Assembly (NCBI GenBank): GCA_964036045.1
Contig: OZ038379.1
Location: 22,816,001-22,880,000 of the forward strand
DNA from: Eutreptiella sp. 'Long Island Sound 2002'
Taxonomy: Eukaryota > Protista > Euglenida
Direction: 5' to 3'
Length of the DNA stretch: 64,000 bases
Shown here: in pieces, positions 59,720 through 64,000 of the stretch
How the letters are laid out: each line of letters starts with the position of its first letter
How positions within the stretch are numbered: position 1 is the first letter of the stretch
Position numbers and translations under genes: made by a program
Notes under the pieces: generated by a model
Seen by the model: only the letters and a program-made list of their open reading frames with translations
Databases searched by the model: none
Told to the model about the DNA's origin: nothing

Positions 59720-60199
59720 TTGCTCCGGTGCAAATGGGGCTCCCCACTACTTGTAGCCGAGTCCGTCGGTGAAAGAACCCAAACTGTGTGTCTCTATTTG
59801 CCTCCTGCCTGCCTGCTTGCCCGACTAACTGCGTGACTGACTGCATGCTTGACTAACTGACTGGTTTGCTGACTATCAGCTTCTCTTTGAGGTGCACTGT
59901 CGCAGGCAATAGAATTTTTGGTGTCCCGTTTAAAGAGGCTGGGAGAACCGGTCACCCCCATATGTTTGTACTCAAAATGCTCCGTTTTTTCTCCCCCACG
60001 GGTGGGCCGTCTCCTCAGTTCAGGTACGCTACTCCCCCCCCCCCCCCCCTCCTTGCCCTCCGGGCCCACTTAGTTACCAAGGGTCAATAGCTGCCGGCCA
60101 TACATAGGGTGGCGCCGAAGGTGCCCGAAAATTTTTTCCCTTGCCCACGTAGCACTCCTCCCCGCCCAGGCGGTGGAGCACCCCAACACTATCCTTGAA

Positions 60200-60335
60200 C
60201 CCAACCTTGACTCTAACGCCATCCCAACCCTTAGCCTGCTCCTAACCCTACACCTAACCCTAACCCTGACCCTAACCCTAGCCCTAACCCTCGCCCTAAC
60301 CCTAGCCCTAGCTCTCACCCTAGGCTAGGGTTAGA
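60200..60335 (+). repeat. Degenerate interstitial telomere-like (CCCTAA)n array
   Basis: cctaaccctaaccctgaccctaaccctagccctaaccctcgccctaacc, ending with a switch to ctagggttag. Confidence 0.88.
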
Positions 60336-62971
60336 GTGAGTATTGGGGTCCAAAATGGAGAGCAATGATATGGCAAAAGCAGCCATGAATGAAATTTGGC
60401 GGATGATGTTCAGCCCAACCTTGTGCCAACCCCCCCCCCTCCCCACCACCCCGAATTGCCCCATTTGGACCCCCCCCCCCCAAACGACCCTCTCGGCTGC
60501 TCCCCCCCCCCCCCATTGCCCCTCCCTGAACCCCCCCCCCCCCCCCCTGTACGCCTTCGGCCCACTTCTACTGGGGGGGGGGGGTCGCGTACAAAAGCAA
60601 GGAGACGGCCCCCCCCCCCGTGTTCTCCCCATTTTCCTTGGGCCCCCAAGAAGGCATTGTGCAGCATTCTGAGTTTGTGGCCATATCGATCTTTCCCCAC
60701 CATGGGGACAAATGGGGACAAATGTCATTCGTTGCTCTTTGAAGATCCCGCCCTCGAAGCTTAGCCCCGGCACGGTTGGCAGTGAAATTTGTCGCCGGGC
60801 CATGATACTGTTGGATTCAGCGCCCGTTTCGCCGAAGATTTGTCAGCCCTTTCGCCAATGCTGTAGCTTGCAATTTGAACTACTTCGCGAAGTTGTTCCA
60901 TCAAACCATCCATGCTTTGGTGAGTGGTGAGGAGGGAGAGTGGATACCTCCGTTGTTGTATGCTAACCCCTTAGGCCACTGCGTCCTGCCACTTTGTTCA
61001 TGGTAAGGTTTATGAGAAACAACATGAGTGGAGATCATTATGAGATGATTGGCTTTTGGCGTGAGTAGACCGGGAGGTGGCTGCACGGGGTGCTTAGGTG
61101 TGAATATTGCCTGGATACCGCGGTGGTTCAAAGAAAGGCATGTTTTTTTGGTCCCAGCCCCCCCCCCCCCCCTCTTTCAAGGGGCCAAAATGTTTCAGTG
61201 GTGTCGGGGTCAACGACTGCACCTGGGCCGCCCCCATGTCTTTTCTCTTTCCTCCAACTTCACAATATGTTGCACCCGGGGGAACACCTATGAGTTGGTG
61301 TCCCACACGAGTGCGCCGAGCAGCTTGAGGCCCAAAATCCTTGAAACGCCAAAAGGTTTGTCCTGGGTACTCAAAAATGTGATACCTAACCCCCCCTCCC
61401 CAAACCCACATATTTCTGAAACGATCTTTTCTCACAGATTTCAAAAATTATACACAATCCCCCCCCCCCCCCCCCCCAAGGGAACGAAATTTGGCACATT
61501 GCACCGAACGGTTAGAAAACCTGGGAAAAGTGCCCAAACCCACCGAGTCGGCACATTATGATGACACCCCGAGAGATATTCGGGTCCAATAAAGATCACA
61601 GATACCATGAACAACTTGTATATGACAGCCTCTTGTCCTTCCTGTGCTAGGATCAAAGGTTGGTTGCACAGTCATGGGAAACGAGTGTGGATTTAGTTGG
61701 GCTTGCACTGAAGGAGCAGACAGCACAATTCCAAACGTCCATGATCATTTGCAACTTAACAGGGACTGTGCATGGATTTAATCTCGATTCATTCATTGCA
61801 AATCTCACTGCATCTATATGTGGTTCCCATTGCGGGATAAATGACTCTGATCCTCGACAATGCTGCTGTCTGCGGCTTCATTGCAAATCCCACTTAAATA
61901 CATACCTGGTTCCTATGACATCGCAAATGACCCTAATTTTGTACACTTTGAATGTTGTGGTCTACTCCTTCATTGTGAGTGCCACTGTTTTCATAATGGA
62001 AATGGGATATAGATTCACTGGGATTCACAATGGAGAAGCAGACAGCAGCATCTCAAGTGTCCAGCATTGGGGTTGTAATGGGAACCAAGCATGGAATTAA
62101 TGGGATTCACGGTGAATGGGATGTTTTGGCCACTGCAGCAGCACTGCTTGTGGAGGCTGTGGGCTCAATTTCTGTTTGCTTTGCACCCTGTTCTGAGTGA
62201 GGTCACGTTTTTTTCGTATCTGTATGTGCAACCATGGGAACATGTTTACTCGTTTAAGTTTGCGCTAATGCTTCTTGTTGCCCCCCATCCTAAAGCATCA
62301 ATTTTGAGCCCGCACTGCCTGTACGCCATTCTCTTGCCAGGCCACTACTGAGTCAAGAACATGCTCCATGCCTTGTCCATGCACAAAGTCTGGGCAGCGT
62401 CACCTCCCCTTCTTCTCCCATGTGACGGTACCACCTCTTGCAAGGCCCCGCATCACCTCTCTGTCTCTGACTGTGTGGTGTGTTGCCAGAGGCAGAAGCC
62501 ATCCACCAAGGGGTTTACATCGCTCTTGCTACCCATCCCCTCAAAGCATAGTCTTCTCTGTGATGGGTGGGGAGCAACCGAGGTCATACCTCCTGATGAA
62601 TGCAATCCTGACCATGCTGATGTGTTGCATACCGAGTGTGGGCGTGTACCGCAGCATGTGTTGTTCATTGTTTCCTTCTCTCCTGTCTTTCACTTGGGGG
62701 ATCCTACCTCTTGGTGCTGCTCTGGCCACCTTGGTGCTGGGCAGTGGTCTGCGCCAGTCCTGGAGATAGCGTGTATCCCAAAAACTAAAATTTCTGTATC
62801 ACACTGTATCCCAAGCTTCCGGGGGTGTGTATCATGTGTGTGTCCCGACTTTCAAGAGTGTGTATCACAGGTGTGTCCCACCTAGCTGGATTTGCGCTGG
62901 ATTTGCGCTTTTTTTAGACATCACTTCAAGCTAAGAACGCTCGCTCTGTTGCACTGATGAACAAGCTGGTA

Positions 62972-63035
62972 GTTGTAGCTCAGTTGGTCACGCACTGCTC
63001 TGGTCAAACAGGGAGCGTGAGTGCAATTCCCTCTG
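62972..63035 (+). pseudogene. tRNA-like relic
   Basis: gtagctcagttggt A-box-like and gagtgcaattccc B-box-like at tRNA spacing; no good acceptor stem. Confidence 0.45.
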
Positions 63036-64000
63036 CATGCTTTTTTCATATGTCAGTTGTCTCATCATGAAAGTAAATGTGGTATGGGGGTTACAGCTAC
63101 AGTGATGGTGACATGTTACCTGTGGAGGATGGCCAAGATCTCTTTTCTCTCTTCATGGATTTCATGTATCACACGTGGGTCCCAGGCTGGTGAAGTGTGT
63201 GTTGTGTATGTATCCCCCCCCAAAAAAAAGTGCGTATCTCACACCAGCGGTGATACGCACTATCTCCAGGCCTGGTCTGTACCAGTGTACATCCGAATGT
63301 GGCCGAGCATTGGTTCTTGGGATTTTCCACAGGGGCTTGGGTCAAAGCCCAAAGCAAATGCTGACGGGGCGTGGCCGTGCAATTCTGCTTCGCTGTTCCG
63401 CCCGTTGTCTCAGCACACGCTCTTAAACCATTGTGCCGAGCAACCACCCCTGGTGCTTGTCACCCCTCCCGTCTGGCTGGCTAACCGTCACTGGATCGGT
63501 ATTATGGCCCCAGGGGTGCAAGGACCCCCCCCCCCCCCCTGTTTTGTCCACATGGACATCCCGCTTTTAGGATTCATTTCATTACTGCAAGTCTGGGGCA
63601 AATTTGGGACAACACGCTTTTGCGCCAACAAGCACAATGGTGTCAGTGGCATTGCAGGGGCATACTGTCCACATGTCGTGGTGTCGACACACGGGACGTT
63701 TTTTCTCCCTACAGCATCCCCTGCCGTCTTGACCACTTCCTCGTGCATCCCCTGCATCTAAGACCTGCATTTCGTTTGGTCGGGCATGCTGGCTCCCCCA
63801 CCCCTTGGATTGGGGCAGCTGTGACAACCATGCTCAAAGTCACAGGACTGCAGTGCGAAAGTAAGCATGCAATCCTTTGCGGTCATGGTTTGTGCATGCA
63901 TCCCTGTGATAATGCATCAAGTTGCAGGGAAGCGTCCCAGGCTTGCTCCTCGTTCTCATGGCGTGTGTGCGAACGCCAGACGCCTTTTTCTACACATATA

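Overview
Eukaryotic, repeat-dominated DNA with GT-AG introns, (CCCTAA)n-type hexamers and many poly-G/C runs. It looks like a protist genome, possibly a euglenid; that assignment is inference only. I can support two host genes. (1) An intronless type I membrane protein with ricin-B-like subdomains (4697-5488, minus). (2) A 13-exon, 980-aa eIF4G-family gene (28553-51893, plus), assembled by hand with every intron phase compatible. It has a YxxxxL-phi eIF4E-binding motif, two tandem copies of an unusual Cys/His module split across introns, a Pro/Tyr/Gly-rich region, RDY repeats and a C-terminal MIF4G domain, with no MA3 or W2 domain seen. The rest is mostly mobile-element material: a modular family built as inverted-repeat junction, microsatellite, core and ~162-bp central repeats (three loci, one bracketed by telomere-like hexamers); a Penelope-like RT relic with an internal inversion; LINE fragments; a possible RAG1/Transib-like transposase relic; a PHD-finger relic; a ~0.9-kb near-perfect palindrome inside a fold-back element; and several tRNA-derived Pol III heads. 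All domain calls come from motif recognition by eye; no database search was run.
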